A stretch of DNA of 64,000 nucleotides from a virus (IMGVR_UViG_3300017963_000282:41-64040); one strand, 5' to 3'; counted from the stretch's first letter, positions 1 to 9,771 are shown. The notes: generated from the sequence alone by a model not told the origin. Made by a program: numbers and translations.

Positions 1-473
1 CCCTCTACCAGTTTTTTAGCCTGTGTGGCTATTGTGGAATCAGACAAGGTGCCTAAAATGGATGCCACGGAAGTAGGGGTAAATATATCCGAGATGAGGA
101 AAGGAAGATCATATTGCTTGGATAATTGGGGCTTCACCTTAATTTGCTCGGCATTAAGCTCTTTATAGCCCAAATCGGCCACTTTCTCGAATTGCCCCCG
201 TCCAATTGCGCTGTAAAGCTGACCATCCAAATAATAGGCTGGCTGGGGACCCTTACGATAGGTAATTGTCCGCTTGCCATCATTCAGGCATACTTCACAA
301 GATTTTTCTCCCCAGGTAATATACCGCTTGCCAGGAGTATTAAAAAGACAGGCTTCTAAAGCCCGTACCAATGCGCTTTTACCGCAATCGGAAGGGCCAA
401 CAATCACTGTAAAGGGCTTTAATTCTAGCTCCACATCCTTAAGTGACTGAAAATTTTGAATTTTTAAGTTCAC
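1..473 (-). CDS. SbcC/Rad50-like (T4 gp46-like) ATPase, N-terminal part, runs off the window
   Basis: Not in the ORF track; translated by hand from GTG at 473 (GTGA overlap with the upstream stop): MNLKIQNFQSLKDVELELKPFTVIVGPSDCGKSALVRALEACLFN... The IQNFQS start plus Walker A GPSDCGKS is the SMC/SbcC N-terminal signature. Confidence 0.85.
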   Translation of the reverse strand, partial: MNLKIQNFQSLKDVELELKPFTVIVGPSDCGKSALVRALEACLFNTPGKRYITWGEKSCEVCLNDGKRTITYRKGPQPAYYLDGQLYSAIGRGQFEKVADLGYKELNAEQIKVKPQLSKQYDLPFLISDIFTPTSVASILGTLSDSTIATQAKKLVE

Positions 474-688
474 AGCTTTATATCCGTAACTACAAATGGA
501 GAAGGTAAATTCCCTTTGACAATCAATTCCAAGCCAAATAATTTCTCAACGGTGCCGGACCAGTTAAAATGGGCTCTAATGGCCGTCTCTACTTGTGGGG
601 TAACAAATACATATTTAGGTTTAATTCCTTGAACAAGCAACATATGTTTAGTCTGGTTAATATTACTTATGTAATTGATATCTTTCAT
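470..688 (-). CDS. Small protein resembling an isolated HK97-fold A-domain (family-4-encapsulin-like)
   Basis: 72 aa, coupled to both neighbours by stop/start overlaps; pattern GIKPKYVFVTP...KLFGLELIV...LP. The fold call is inference. Confidence 0.55.
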   Translation of the reverse strand: MKDINYISNINQTKHMLLVQGIKPKYVFVTPQVETAIRAHFNWSGTVEKLFGLELIVKGNLPSPFVVTDIKL

Positions 689-1272
689 TTTTTGATATCT
701 TCTTCAATTTTCACTTTTTCATCTGGAAATAATTTTGGATATTGTTTCTTGAATTCCGCCGCCTTTTCTTCACGTTTTTGAATGCGCCGAGTCACTCTAT
801 CCACTCGGGTTTTATTGTCTATTTCTCTTTTGGCCTTTTTCTGAGATTTATCCAAAGCTTTTTGTAACCGATCATGAAAAGGTCTATGCTTATCTTTTAA
901 ATAGGTGTAGTATTTTTCAGCTTCCGCCGTTTTTTCTTTTTGCCTTTTCTTTTTATCCTGTAATTCTTCTTTTAGCGGCCCGGAAATATTTGGCCCGTAA
1001 TGCAAATAATCAACAAAATCCTCCGCCTTTTCCTGCTCTTTTAGCAAGTCTCTTTCGGAGGGAAGGCCCAGGTCTTCATTTTTCGGTGGGATATAGTAAT
1101 CGTTCTTTGCCTTAGCGCCTTTGATAATAAAGTTTACTTTACTAATTTGGCGTTTGAACGTGGTTTCCCCGCATTCCGGACATGGAAGTTTCTTTTTACC
1201 GGGGAAAGTTATAGGAAGTTTTAATTCCTCATGGTATTGGCAGGATTTGCAGTGGTATTCATAAATTGGCAT
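685..1272 (-). CDS. FmdB-family zinc-ribbon protein with charged C-terminal extension
   Basis: MPIYEYHCKSC...CPECG...KRQIS..NFIIKG is the FmdB CxxC-CxxC pattern. Confidence 0.85.
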   Translation of the reverse strand: MPIYEYHCKSCQYHEELKLPITFPGKKKLPCPECGETTFKRQISKVNFIIKGAKAKNDYYIPPKNEDLGLPSERDLLKEQEKAEDFVDYLHYGPNISGPLKEELQDKKKRQKEKTAEAEKYYTYLKDKHRPFHDRLQKALDKSQKKAKREIDNKTRVDRVTRRIQKREEKAAEFKKQYPKLFPDEKVKIEEDIKK

Positions 1273-1514
1273 TATGCACCTTCTGGAAAAATCATTTTTA
1301 TCGCTCTCAGAGCAATCTCGCCATCATCTTCAGCTAATTTCCAATCGGGTGCGGTCAATTGGAAAACCAAGGCCTCAAAGGCTTTTTCAATAAATTGATT
1401 GGTATTTCCATTCATATCTAATAGTAATTTTAATTTGGTTAAATCAAAATCTTTTTGGTGTAAACGTTCCACTAATTTCAAATTTTCGGCAGACCAAAAA
1501 AATCTACTACTCAT
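1272..1514 (-). CDS. Hypothetical protein
   Basis: In operon; start moved to ATG at 1514 (MSSRFF), preceded by GAGGA. Confidence 0.6.
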   Translation of the reverse strand: MSSRFFWSAENLKLVERLHQKDFDLTKLKLLLDMNGNTNQFIEKAFEALVFQLTAPDWKLAEDDGEIALRAIKMIFPEGA

Positions 1515-1830
1515 CTTCGTCCTCCTCCCGCATAATATCATCTAAAGTGTAAGTATGAACATGCAATTTTTGACGTTTCTTTTTATTTGCCGGGGGTGCA
1601 ATAGGACCGGGTTTAAATACTCCAGGTCCAGAAATAGAAGCCCCACCTTCACAATTGATTTGACGCTCCACCGGATGGTTAATCCATTCCGTAGGAATTT
1701 TCCATTCAGATCCAGTCCGTTCCCAAAGATCCCCCAATGTTTTAAAAGCCGGCTCGGTAATTCGTTGCCGGACTTCATAAAGCTCACCAGTAACCATATC
1801 TTTGTAGAGATAGGTGGGGCCTAATGTCAT
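1507..1830 (-). CDS. FmdB-like protein lacking the zinc-binding CxxC pairs
   Basis: PTYLYKDMVTGELYEVRQRITEPAF...VERQI mirrors FmdB PxYxYxCxxCG..FEV.Q.I.E..L...V.R.I. Confidence 0.6.
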   Translation of the reverse strand: MTLGPTYLYKDMVTGELYEVRQRITEPAFKTLGDLWERTGSEWKIPTEWINHPVERQINCEGGASISGPGVFKPGPIAPPANKKKRQKLHVHTYTLDDIMREEDEDE

Positions 1831-1831
1831 G

Positions 1832-2143
1832 TTAAATTTCCAGTCTACAAATTTGGGAAATCTTTTTCAAAGCATTCTGAGCTACTAATGCCGGCTTTCT
1901 TTTGATATCGCCAATAGTCGGAACCAAATACTCAAAATACCGATAGTTTAATTTGGAAAATTCCTTACTTGCTTTCGGTTTATATAGATTTTTACGAAAC
2001 AAGAAAAATGTTCTTTTCCAAAAACTGTTATTTTCATAGAACTCCAAAGCTTGTACGGCAATTCGTAAAGCATGTTTGACATCAGATGGGATGTGTTGTA
2101 AATGACTATTCAAATAAACTTTTATAGCATTTGAGTATTTCAT
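1832..2143 (-). CDS. Hypothetical protein
   Basis: Start placed at ATG 2143 (MKYSN) after AAAGGA; packed in operon. Confidence 0.6.
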   Translation of the reverse strand: MKYSNAIKVYLNSHLQHIPSDVKHALRIAVQALEFYENNSFWKRTFFLFRKNLYKPKASKEFSKLNYRYFEYLVPTIGDIKRKPALVAQNALKKISQICRLEI

Positions 2144-2153
2144 AAAAAATCCT

Positions 2154-3218
2154 TTAAAAATAGGTATATTTAAAACCAAGATCCTGGAGCCATTGATTAC
2201 AGAGTTTGGGATATTTAGTTAAGAGAATTTCTAACTCATCTCTTGTTTTAGCAATTACGCTTTGGCCCTTTTCATCCAAGAATTTATATTTCAAACTGCG
2301 GCCTGCGCCTTCTTTATCAATAGTGCCCCTATGTAAAAATATACTCGCCGCCGCCTTATAATTGTTAAAACCCTTTCCGTATTCAATATAATCATAACCT
2401 TGTCGAAAAGGTGCTCCACCCGCTTTATTTTTAATAACTTTCATTTGTACCAAATTACCCAATGGCACTTTAATGTTTTGTCCCGTCATTGGATCAGTTT
2501 CATCTTTAGTAGTTTTTCTAAAGGATTTCATTTTCATGCTGATAGTTTTGAAAAATTCAATCGCTTCTCCACCCTGAGGCTTTTCTTTTTCATCTTCAGG
2601 AAGATAGCTCATCGTATTGATAACTCGTCGAAGTTGATTCACAAATAAAAAGGTAATCCCAGTTTTATCGGCCAAGCCGGAAATTCCCGGAATAAAGTCA
2701 GACCAAAACCGGGCTCTTTCGCCTAATGCGGCAGCTTTACCCTCTTCTGTCATCCATTCCGGCGGAACTACAGCTCCGGCAGAATCCAAAACTATTAAAC
2801 CGACATTGTTTTGTTCCGCATTTAAAAAAGTACTTTTAATAATAGTTTGTACTTTATCGGTTGTCTGATCCTTAAATTTTGCCCATAGATCAGGATCAAA
2901 ATTAACTCCTAAAGTTTGAAAATAAGGATTACTCAATACCCTTTCAGCATCCATATAAACAGTGCCTTTGCCCAAATTTTTTTGAACCCAAGCAGTAGTG
3001 GTGCCGCATAAAGTTGTTTTACCCACACCTTTCCAACCGGTAATTTCATTGATATGGCCTTTTGCCCAACCACCATTTGTTAAATAATCAGCAATAATAG
3101 AACCAGTAGAAATTCTTTCAATATTTTGATCCACACTTCTATCTGCTACAATTTTATTTTCCTCTTTACCTTTAGCATGTTTCTTTTCAAACTCATTTAG
3201 CCATTTGGATAAACTCAT
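2154..3218 (-). CDS. recA: RecA/UvsX-like recombinase
   Basis: ISTGS..D..TNGGW.KG.I.EI, Walker A GWKGVGKTT, YMDAE, Walker B LIVLDS, FVNQLR, GGEAIEF, VIKNK..APF. Confidence 0.92.
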   Translation of the reverse strand: MSLSKWLNEFEKKHAKGKEENKIVADRSVDQNIERISTGSIIADYLTNGGWAKGHINEITGWKGVGKTTLCGTTTAWVQKNLGKGTVYMDAERVLSNPYFQTLGVNFDPDLWAKFKDQTTDKVQTIIKSTFLNAEQNNVGLIVLDSAGAVVPPEWMTEEGKAAALGERARFWSDFIPGISGLADKTGITFLFVNQLRRVINTMSYLPEDEKEKPQGGEAIEFFKTISMKMKSFRKTTKDETDPMTGQNIKVPLGNLVQMKVIKNKAGGAPFRQGYDYIEYGKGFNNYKAAASIFLHRGTIDKEGAGRSLKYKFLDEKGQSVIAKTRDELEILLTKYPKLCNQWLQDLGFKYTYF

Positions 3219-3769
3219 TCTTCACGCTCCTTTAAAAAATTCCAATAAGCGGCTTCTCTAGCTTTTTTATTTTTTAAATGCTGTACATCAAATCCTTGAG
3301 CAGATAAAAATTCATTTTGTTTTTCTGCCGGTAATTTAGAAAATTGAGCTAATTCTTTTTTCCAGGCCGCCACTTTCCAAGAAACATGGTATCTTTCCAT
3401 ATATGTTTTAATACCATGGCAATCCTTACAAAGAATTTGTGTTTCTTTAATTTCACAAAGTAAATTACGTACAAATTTTGGTAGATGTTCAAAACAAGCT
3501 AGTTCCCCACAAGGATAAATATGGTCAGTATTTACTTGCGTCATAGGAAACCATTTTTCACAGAATTTACATTGATATTCATAACGTTGTCGGCTACCTT
3601 TTTTTTGTCGATTTTTTGGAATTAAACGCCGGGCATTTTTCATTGCCTGGTATTTAACCGGATATTTGTTCCAACCTTTGCGAAGGAGAGAACGGATAAA
3701 CACCCAATAACGCTTTTCATCCCATCCTTCAATGGTGGGTGGAAGTATTTTAACCATAACCTCACTCAA
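3215..3769 (-). CDS. HNH endonuclease with zinc-binding CxxC pairs
   Basis: YQCKFC...VNTDHIYPCG...QILCKDCHGIKT. Confidence 0.8.
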   Translation of the reverse strand: MSEVMVKILPPTIEGWDEKRYWVFIRSLLRKGWNKYPVKYQAMKNARRLIPKNRQKKGSRQRYEYQCKFCEKWFPMTQVNTDHIYPCGELACFEHLPKFVRNLLCEIKETQILCKDCHGIKTYMERYHVSWKVAAWKKELAQFSKLPAEKQNEFLSAQGFDVQHLKNKKAREAAYWNFLKEREE

Positions 3770-3837
3770 AAAAAGTGGGGATTTTGATGCGCAGATCCCC
3801 TAACTGCCCGACACTGACGATCAAAATTCTCCCACTA

Positions 3838-4707
3838 TTAAGCTGCGGGAGTATTTTCCCCAAAATCGAGATCGCCTTCGAGTTCAGGGTTAGAGGGAAC
3901 GTCCCCATCTGGGGGGGTAGATGTTGAAGATCCCTCAATTCCATAAGGAGTTAAATCATAACCGGCCCCAAGCAACATCTGGACCCAGCCCTGCTCGGTT
4001 AAATCACGTCCAAATAGCTGTGCCCAATCCGCCGGATGTGCAAATCCATATTTTTGCATTTCCTCTTGAACTTTCTTCTGCACAATTTTTTCAAATCCGA
4101 GCTTGTCTTTGAAAGTCAAATATAAAGATTTATCCTGGGGCTCAATTTTAATTTTTTGAAATCGTTCTTCGCCATCCAATTCCACCAGAAAATCCACTTG
4201 GAAAATATTTTTGCCAGAATTATTCAGACGTTTATCTATTTTGAGAACGATATCTTCATATCGTTTCTGGCTCATTTTAAACCAACCCAAAGAAAAGACG
4301 CCTTTTTTAAAATAATCCTTATCTACATTTCCTTCGGCATCCGTATGATATACTAAAGCCAATACCCCGGAATTCACATCTGGTTTTCCGAGCACTTTAG
4401 CGTCGATTTCCAAGTCATCAAAATTTTGATCTCGGATAGCTTTCAAAATTTTGTTCGTAGAAAGCTGGCGTTTTTCTTGAGTGAGAGATTTAAAAGTTCC
4501 AACATACCGATTTCTCTCCTCATTTTTGGGATCTTTTTCGGTGGCATGGCGCACATTGTACACCAGCTGCAATTTGAGTTTATTACCCAAAAACATCAGG
4601 CGCTTTACCTCACCTTTTTTGAAATGCATTGCTGTGGGCTCCGCCACTCCAAATTGTTGGGCCGTATCCTGATACCCAGGTTTACTAAAATCTAATTCCT
4701 CAGACAT
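3838..4707 (-). CDS. Putative single-stranded DNA-binding protein
   Basis: 289 aa between PolA and RecA with an acidic low-complexity C-terminal tail; function inferred from context only. Confidence 0.5.
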   Translation of the reverse strand: MSEELDFSKPGYQDTAQQFGVAEPTAMHFKKGEVKRLMFLGNKLKLQLVYNVRHATEKDPKNEERNRYVGTFKSLTQEKRQLSTNKILKAIRDQNFDDLEIDAKVLGKPDVNSGVLALVYHTDAEGNVDKDYFKKGVFSLGWFKMSQKRYEDIVLKIDKRLNNSGKNIFQVDFLVELDGEERFQKIKIEPQDKSLYLTFKDKLGFEKIVQKKVQEEMQKYGFAHPADWAQLFGRDLTEQGWVQMLLGAGYDLTPYGIEGSSTSTPPDGDVPSNPELEGDLDFGENTPAA

Positions 4708-4725
4708 TTCTTCATCTCCTTCTTC

Positions 4726-5268
4726 TTAAGTTAAAAAGGCGTTTAATTCCGCCTCAATGTCTACTTCTTTTCCTTGATCTATTTCGATTTCATTTTCCAG
4801 CTCAGGTGTTGCCGGAACAGGAGCATCCAATTCGTTTACCATCGACACAATCTGATCTACCGAAGCATAATCCGAGGTTTCGGCCTGCTCTAAGGCTTGC
4901 ACATCTTCTTGTCCCGGAACATCTGATGATAACTCCTCTTCCGGGGATTTCCGTGGGGGCAGTGTATCCTCTTGAAATTGTTTACCCTTATGGATTATCA
5001 TATTAAACATTTGTTTTCCCAAAGTCAATTGTTTAATCATAGGATCAATCACTTCCTTTGTCAACAATCTTAAATACCGCATATATTCTTTTTGATCCCC
5101 GTGTTCCATGACTTCTTGGGCAATCGTAATCTTTAATTCTGTCAAATCATTGAGATTTTCATGTAAAGCTAAAATAGCATCATGATAATCACCGGATTTT
5201 GCTGGAATGGCCACTTTCATATCTTTCACTTTTTGAATGATATCTTTGATCTCACTTTTGGTCAACAT
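4726..5268 (-). CDS. Hypothetical protein (helical N-terminus, acidic C-terminus), possibly a UvsY-like recombination mediator
   Basis: Position in the replication operon and composition; function is inference. Confidence 0.45.
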   Translation of the reverse strand: MLTKSEIKDIIQKVKDMKVAIPAKSGDYHDAILALHENLNDLTELKITIAQEVMEHGDQKEYMRYLRLLTKEVIDPMIKQLTLGKQMFNMIIHKGKQFQEDTLPPRKSPEEELSSDVPGQEDVQALEQAETSDYASVDQIVSMVNELDAPVPATPELENEIEIDQGKEVDIEAELNAFLT

Positions 5269-5269
5269 G

Positions 5270-7255
5270 CTATTCTTTCTCCTTTAATTCGTTCCATTTT
5301 TTACCTGGTTCCCATACATACAAATGGCCCCATGATTTGCCCACCATGGGATCAGCTAGTACTGGAACAGGCCAGTGTTTTGGATACCATTGCATAATAT
5401 CACAAAATTTCTGGACAATCAAGTCAAATTTTTCATCTCCTGGCTCTCCCCGCACCTCGAAACAAATTTCATCGTGAACGGTAAGCAAAATATGAGCATC
5501 ATCAAATAACTGATTTAATTTCAAATAGTTGTGACATTTCACCAAAGCTAACCTAATTAAATCCGCACAACTGCCCTGAATTGGGTAGTTTACAGCTTGA
5601 TTATCTATATGGCCCGTATATCCTTTTCCTTCCTTAGCCTTTTTGTAATCTTCGGATAAATCCCGGTATCTACCGAATATTGTTGTGGTAAACTGTTCTT
5701 TTTGAGCACGAAACCGTTCCTGTTCTTTATATCTTCCCCATGTCGGATATGCCTGTCGGAACATTTTATTGAAATAACCCCAACAATCTTCATCCGTTAG
5801 CTTTAATCCAGCATCTATTTCCAGTTTCTTTTTCAGTTCTGTAATTCCAAATGCGTAAGCAAGATTAAAGTTCATTGTTTTGGCAATTTTGTAATATTTC
5901 TCATAATCTGGATCACCTCGAACTTTTCCAAATACCAGCTTAGCAGTGGTCTCATGCTGATTACCCCCGCTATTTAACATGCGGATTAGATTAGGATCTC
6001 TGGAATAATTAGCAATAATGCGCACTTCAATATTACTTAAATCAATGGCTACCCATGTAAAACCTTCCTGGGGCACAAAAGCTTTGCGGATATTGTATGG
6101 ATGATCTTTGGCTAATTTGGGAATAGCCTGTGAATTAAATTTTTGTAAAAATACCCCATCCCCAGTTGCGGAAAGCCGTCCAGTAATTAACTTTGAAATA
6201 TTAAAATTAGGATGAATTCGATTATCTAAGGTTGAAATGCCGTTCAATAAAGAACTGATGTAGGTATTCATGCGCTTTTCTAAATATCGCCATTCTTTTA
6301 ATATTTCCAAAGATTTATATTTCGTACCATACTTATCCAATAATCTTTGTATGGCTTCTTGATCGGTAGAAGGATTTCCTTTTGGAGTTAACTTTGCGGG
6401 CTTGAGCTGCAAAGTATTGAAAAAATAATCACAAAGTTGTTTAGGAGACGCGATGTTAATTTCGGTATCCGTATGTTTTCGAACTTCAGTTTGAAAAGAA
6501 TCTTCCAATTCAGCTAATTTCGCTTCGCCCTGTGCGTGCATACTGGTTAAATAGGGAATATCAATACAAACTCCGGTATCTTCTATTTTTTGAATAGGTT
6601 CAATTAAACGATGGTCTAATTGGCGCACATTTTTATATTTATCACTCAAGGCTTGTTTTTGATCTCGGTAATACTGAAATAAGCGATACGTGATATCGGC
6701 ATCAGCACAAGCATAAGCTAAAGTAATATCATTTACTGGAATAGTGGCAAAACTCAGACTTTTAGCTGCTTTCGATCTCGGTGAAATACCTACCGTTTCA
6801 AAAATTGTCAACATTTTCAAATCCAAAACTTGCTGAGATTGTTGTTTTAAAGTGGGTCGCAAATGTGTATTGGCAATATCAGAATTATAAAACATAATTT
6901 TAACATCAAGAAATTTTTTTGATTTAAAGCCAGCTTTTTCTAAAAAACCCATATCAAATTTGGCATTCCAATACACACAGGTTTTATCCGAGAAATGTTT
7001 ATTGCAAAATGCTATAAGATCCTCAATAGTTACATTTTTGGAATCCTTATGCTCCACGGAAATATAATATGCCTCTTCTTCTTCAAAACAAAAAGAAAGA
7101 CCCACAATCTTATGGATATGTTTGCTTAATCCAGTAGTTTCAATATCCACGGCCACATACTCACAATTCGGCGGGATTCCTAAAAAATCATCCAAATTAG
7201 TCAAATGTTCATAATGACAATTTTCCTGCCATTCAGGAATTTTTGGTTTGTCCAT
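5270..7255 (-). CDS. polA: Family A DNA polymerase with 3'-5' exonuclease domain
   Basis: ExoI DIETTG, ExoII NAKFD, ExoIII YACADA; TGRLS; motif A DLSNIEVR; motif B KTMNFNLAY; motif C TVHDEI. No 5'-3' exonuclease domain. Confidence 0.95.
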   Translation of the reverse strand: MDKPKIPEWQENCHYEHLTNLDDFLGIPPNCEYVAVDIETTGLSKHIHKIVGLSFCFEEEEAYYISVEHKDSKNVTIEDLIAFCNKHFSDKTCVYWNAKFDMGFLEKAGFKSKKFLDVKIMFYNSDIANTHLRPTLKQQSQQVLDLKMLTIFETVGISPRSKAAKSLSFATIPVNDITLAYACADADITYRLFQYYRDQKQALSDKYKNVRQLDHRLIEPIQKIEDTGVCIDIPYLTSMHAQGEAKLAELEDSFQTEVRKHTDTEINIASPKQLCDYFFNTLQLKPAKLTPKGNPSTDQEAIQRLLDKYGTKYKSLEILKEWRYLEKRMNTYISSLLNGISTLDNRIHPNFNISKLITGRLSATGDGVFLQKFNSQAIPKLAKDHPYNIRKAFVPQEGFTWVAIDLSNIEVRIIANYSRDPNLIRMLNSGGNQHETTAKLVFGKVRGDPDYEKYYKIAKTMNFNLAYAFGITELKKKLEIDAGLKLTDEDCWGYFNKMFRQAYPTWGRYKEQERFRAQKEQFTTTIFGRYRDLSEDYKKAKEGKGYTGHIDNQAVNYPIQGSCADLIRLALVKCHNYLKLNQLFDDAHILLTVHDEICFEVRGEPGDEKFDLIVQKFCDIMQWYPKHWPVPVLADPMVGKSWGHLYVWEPGKKWNELKEKE

Positions 7256-7691
7256 ATTTTTTTAACCCCTCAAAAATCCACTTAAGTTTATCCTCATCTT
7301 TTTTTCTATACGCCTGATCCAATTCATAATAGATTTTATTGAATCTAGGATGCCGATATTTAATTGTTAATTTTATAATTTCATTCCGATAAGCTTGCAA
7401 CAATTCATTTTCCACAGGTTGAAAATCAGTACCTAAACGAATTCCAAAATTTTTGAAAATAAAATCACGGGCCTCCTCATTGGAAGTAAATCCTTCCATC
7501 GCTCTCACTAATCCTACTGGTCCATAATAAGCCCCGCAAGCATAACATTTATATATTTTAGTTTCGGGATAGACTCGCGCTGAAGGATGCACATCATGGC
7601 CATGTACAATACACGCAAAATTTTGTCGCTGTTCAGGATAAATTGTATTTGGTCGATAATAATTTATTATTTCGTAAATGAGATTTTCCAT
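7233..7691 (-). CDS. Stand-alone CHC2 zinc-finger (primase zinc-binding domain) protein
   Basis: CIVH...PSARVY....YKCYACG...GPVGLVRAMEG; no TOPRIM domain in 152 aa. Confidence 0.8.
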   Translation of the reverse strand: MENLIYEIINYYRPNTIYPEQRQNFACIVHGHDVHPSARVYPETKIYKCYACGAYYGPVGLVRAMEGFTSNEEARDFIFKNFGIRLGTDFQPVENELLQAYRNEIIKLTIKYRHPRFNKIYYELDQAYRKKDEDKLKWIFEGLKKYGQTKNS

Positions 7692-7694
7692 ATT

Positions 7695-9137
7695 TCATTT
7701 ATCTTCTTTGTCACCAAAATCTAATTCTTCCCCGCCCTCCAAACTCATTTGTGAAGGCCTATTACTCATCCCGTCTTCAAAGCTGCGGAGACTTCCGGCT
7801 TGAAAATGAGATTCCACATCAAAATATGGCAAATCGGGGTAGCCTTCTCCATGTCTATTTTTTAATACGGCCATGCGGGATTCATTGGTAAAGGATCGTG
7901 GTAATTTTTCTTTTTTATCACCTTCTAATGCACTAAGCTTAAACATAGAGATTACAACATCTGGAGACCGATAAGCATCGGGGGTATTCGCGGCATCCTC
8001 TAATAAATAAATTCCACTTCGTTTAACGGCTTTCTCTTTACCTACGCGGTTAATTTGATGGGCAGTACAAACAAAAATGCCTTCTCCTTGATTGAAATTT
8101 AAAGCAAAATCTCGTTGGGCATAAATGAATGTTTCACCCTTTGTTAAATAGTTTTCAGTACCCTTAGTCATCATAGCTAACCGATCAAAGTAATCCACAA
8201 ACACAGCAGATAACGGAGTAAATTTATGAATTTCCTCACAACGGGCATGAATGTCTTGAATAGTTTGTCCGGCAGATACTTTTTCAAAAATTAGTTTACC
8301 ATATTTTGGATTATTCGTAAAATCATCCACAGCCTCTTTAAAAACTTTTTCGACTTCGGGAGTTAATTGTCCAGCTCGTAAATGTTTAGTATTAAAAGAA
8401 TCTAATCCAAATTTTTTAAAGGCATGAATGGCCATTACATTTAATCGCATTAAATCTAAACCTAATTCCGCACTAAAAAGAGCTACATTTTTACCCTGTT
8501 CTATGACGGCGTTATAGCAATGATTACGTAACATCGTGGATTTACCATGTCCGGATGCTGCATAATATACCCACAATTCCCCAGCCCGCCCTCCATTTAA
8601 TTCTCGGTCCAATTCTTTAATGCCTGATAATACACCTACTTGCTGGTTTTTTTGATCCTCAATAAATTGAAACATTTTATCTTTCGCCTCTTCCCCAGTA
8701 AAATCTTCGGTAATAATACTAATACTAGTTTTATTTTTAATTTCTAAAAGTCGCGCAAGCATTTTTCCACGAATTTCTAAATCTTTACCTGTTCTTAATT
8801 CTTTGGCTAAATCAGCTACAGCCCGCGTCTCCCTATCCTTATACAATTGAATTAAAGCTTCCATTCGCTGATGTACTAAAGCTAAATCAATACTATCGGA
8901 AAGCTTCTCAACTGTTTCTTCAAATTTAATTCGTTGTTCCGCATTCAAGGATTCCAAGGAAGCTTTTAATGCTTCTTTAGACATGGGAATTCCTTTTTCT
9001 AACCAGAATTGAATTAGCCGGCGATACAATTCTGCTTTTACATCATCTTCAAAAAATTCTGGATAGATATTTCTTTTGATTGTTTCAACCAATGGAGTCA
9101 AACAACCAGATAAAACAACATCTTCAACTTGAGACAT
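7695..9137 (-). CDS. dnaB: DnaB-like replicative helicase
   Basis: SGIKELDRELNGGRAGEL, Walker A AASGHGKST, FSAEL, VFVDY, HQINR, KNRHG. Confidence 0.9.
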   Translation of the reverse strand: MSQVEDVVLSGCLTPLVETIKRNIYPEFFEDDVKAELYRRLIQFWLEKGIPMSKEALKASLESLNAEQRIKFEETVEKLSDSIDLALVHQRMEALIQLYKDRETRAVADLAKELRTGKDLEIRGKMLARLLEIKNKTSISIITEDFTGEEAKDKMFQFIEDQKNQQVGVLSGIKELDRELNGGRAGELWVYYAASGHGKSTMLRNHCYNAVIEQGKNVALFSAELGLDLMRLNVMAIHAFKKFGLDSFNTKHLRAGQLTPEVEKVFKEAVDDFTNNPKYGKLIFEKVSAGQTIQDIHARCEEIHKFTPLSAVFVDYFDRLAMMTKGTENYLTKGETFIYAQRDFALNFNQGEGIFVCTAHQINRVGKEKAVKRSGIYLLEDAANTPDAYRSPDVVISMFKLSALEGDKKEKLPRSFTNESRMAVLKNRHGEGYPDLPYFDVESHFQAGSLRSFEDGMSNRPSQMSLEGGEELDFGDKEDK

Positions 9138-9771
9138 TTTTAATATTGCCTGTATTCATCACATACAAAGCTTTAGGTTTTCGTTCTAAAAGTTCGGTTT
9201 CCAAAAACTTTTTTAATTGTTCATCTTTATAAAGCTCATCCACTTTATTTAAACTTGGGATAATTCCAAATGTTAATTTATTGTGCCGCTCTCTTTGCCA
9301 AAAAAGCTCCATTACATATGATCCAATAAAATTTCGATTTACAACTGTGCCAAGAAAAATTACTAGAAATTGGGGATCTAAAAATCGAGAATCCCAGGCT
9401 TTGCGTTCTTCCGTGCCGGCCCGATTAAAAACCGTATCAATCAAATCTTTATCGGAATATATAGCTGTTCTCAATCCAACGCTTGTGGCCACCAAAGCGG
9501 CGGAATTCGCCCATTTACGCTGTCTTTCCACATTCCAATCGCACATGACAATAGTAAGCTGGCCTTTGAACAATTCTCGAACTTTTTCGGCATATACGCG
9601 ATCAATAAATTTTTCATCTATTTGAGCTTCCCGAAATCGGAATTGGAAAAGTTCTCGTTTGTAGCAATGGGGACATCGTTTTGCTAACTTAGTTTTGCCA
9701 GTATAGTATATTTTTCCATTACAGACGGTGCAATCATTTATCTTTTTTTGTATCTTATCTAAAACACTCAT
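9124..9771 (-). CDS. DnaC/IstB-like helicase loader with degenerate ATPase motifs
   Basis: N-terminal CTVCNG...CPHC, FREAQI..KF, later DLIDTVF, FLVIFLG, ELFWQR..HNKLT; adjacent to DnaB; no GxxGxGK. Confidence 0.55.
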   Translation of the reverse strand: MSVLDKIQKKINDCTVCNGKIYYTGKTKLAKRCPHCYKRELFQFRFREAQIDEKFIDRVYAEKVRELFKGQLTIVMCDWNVERQRKWANSAALVATSVGLRTAIYSDKDLIDTVFNRAGTEERKAWDSRFLDPQFLVIFLGTVVNRNFIGSYVMELFWQRERHNKLTFGIIPSLNKVDELYKDEQLKKFLETELLERKPKALYVMNTGNIKNVSS

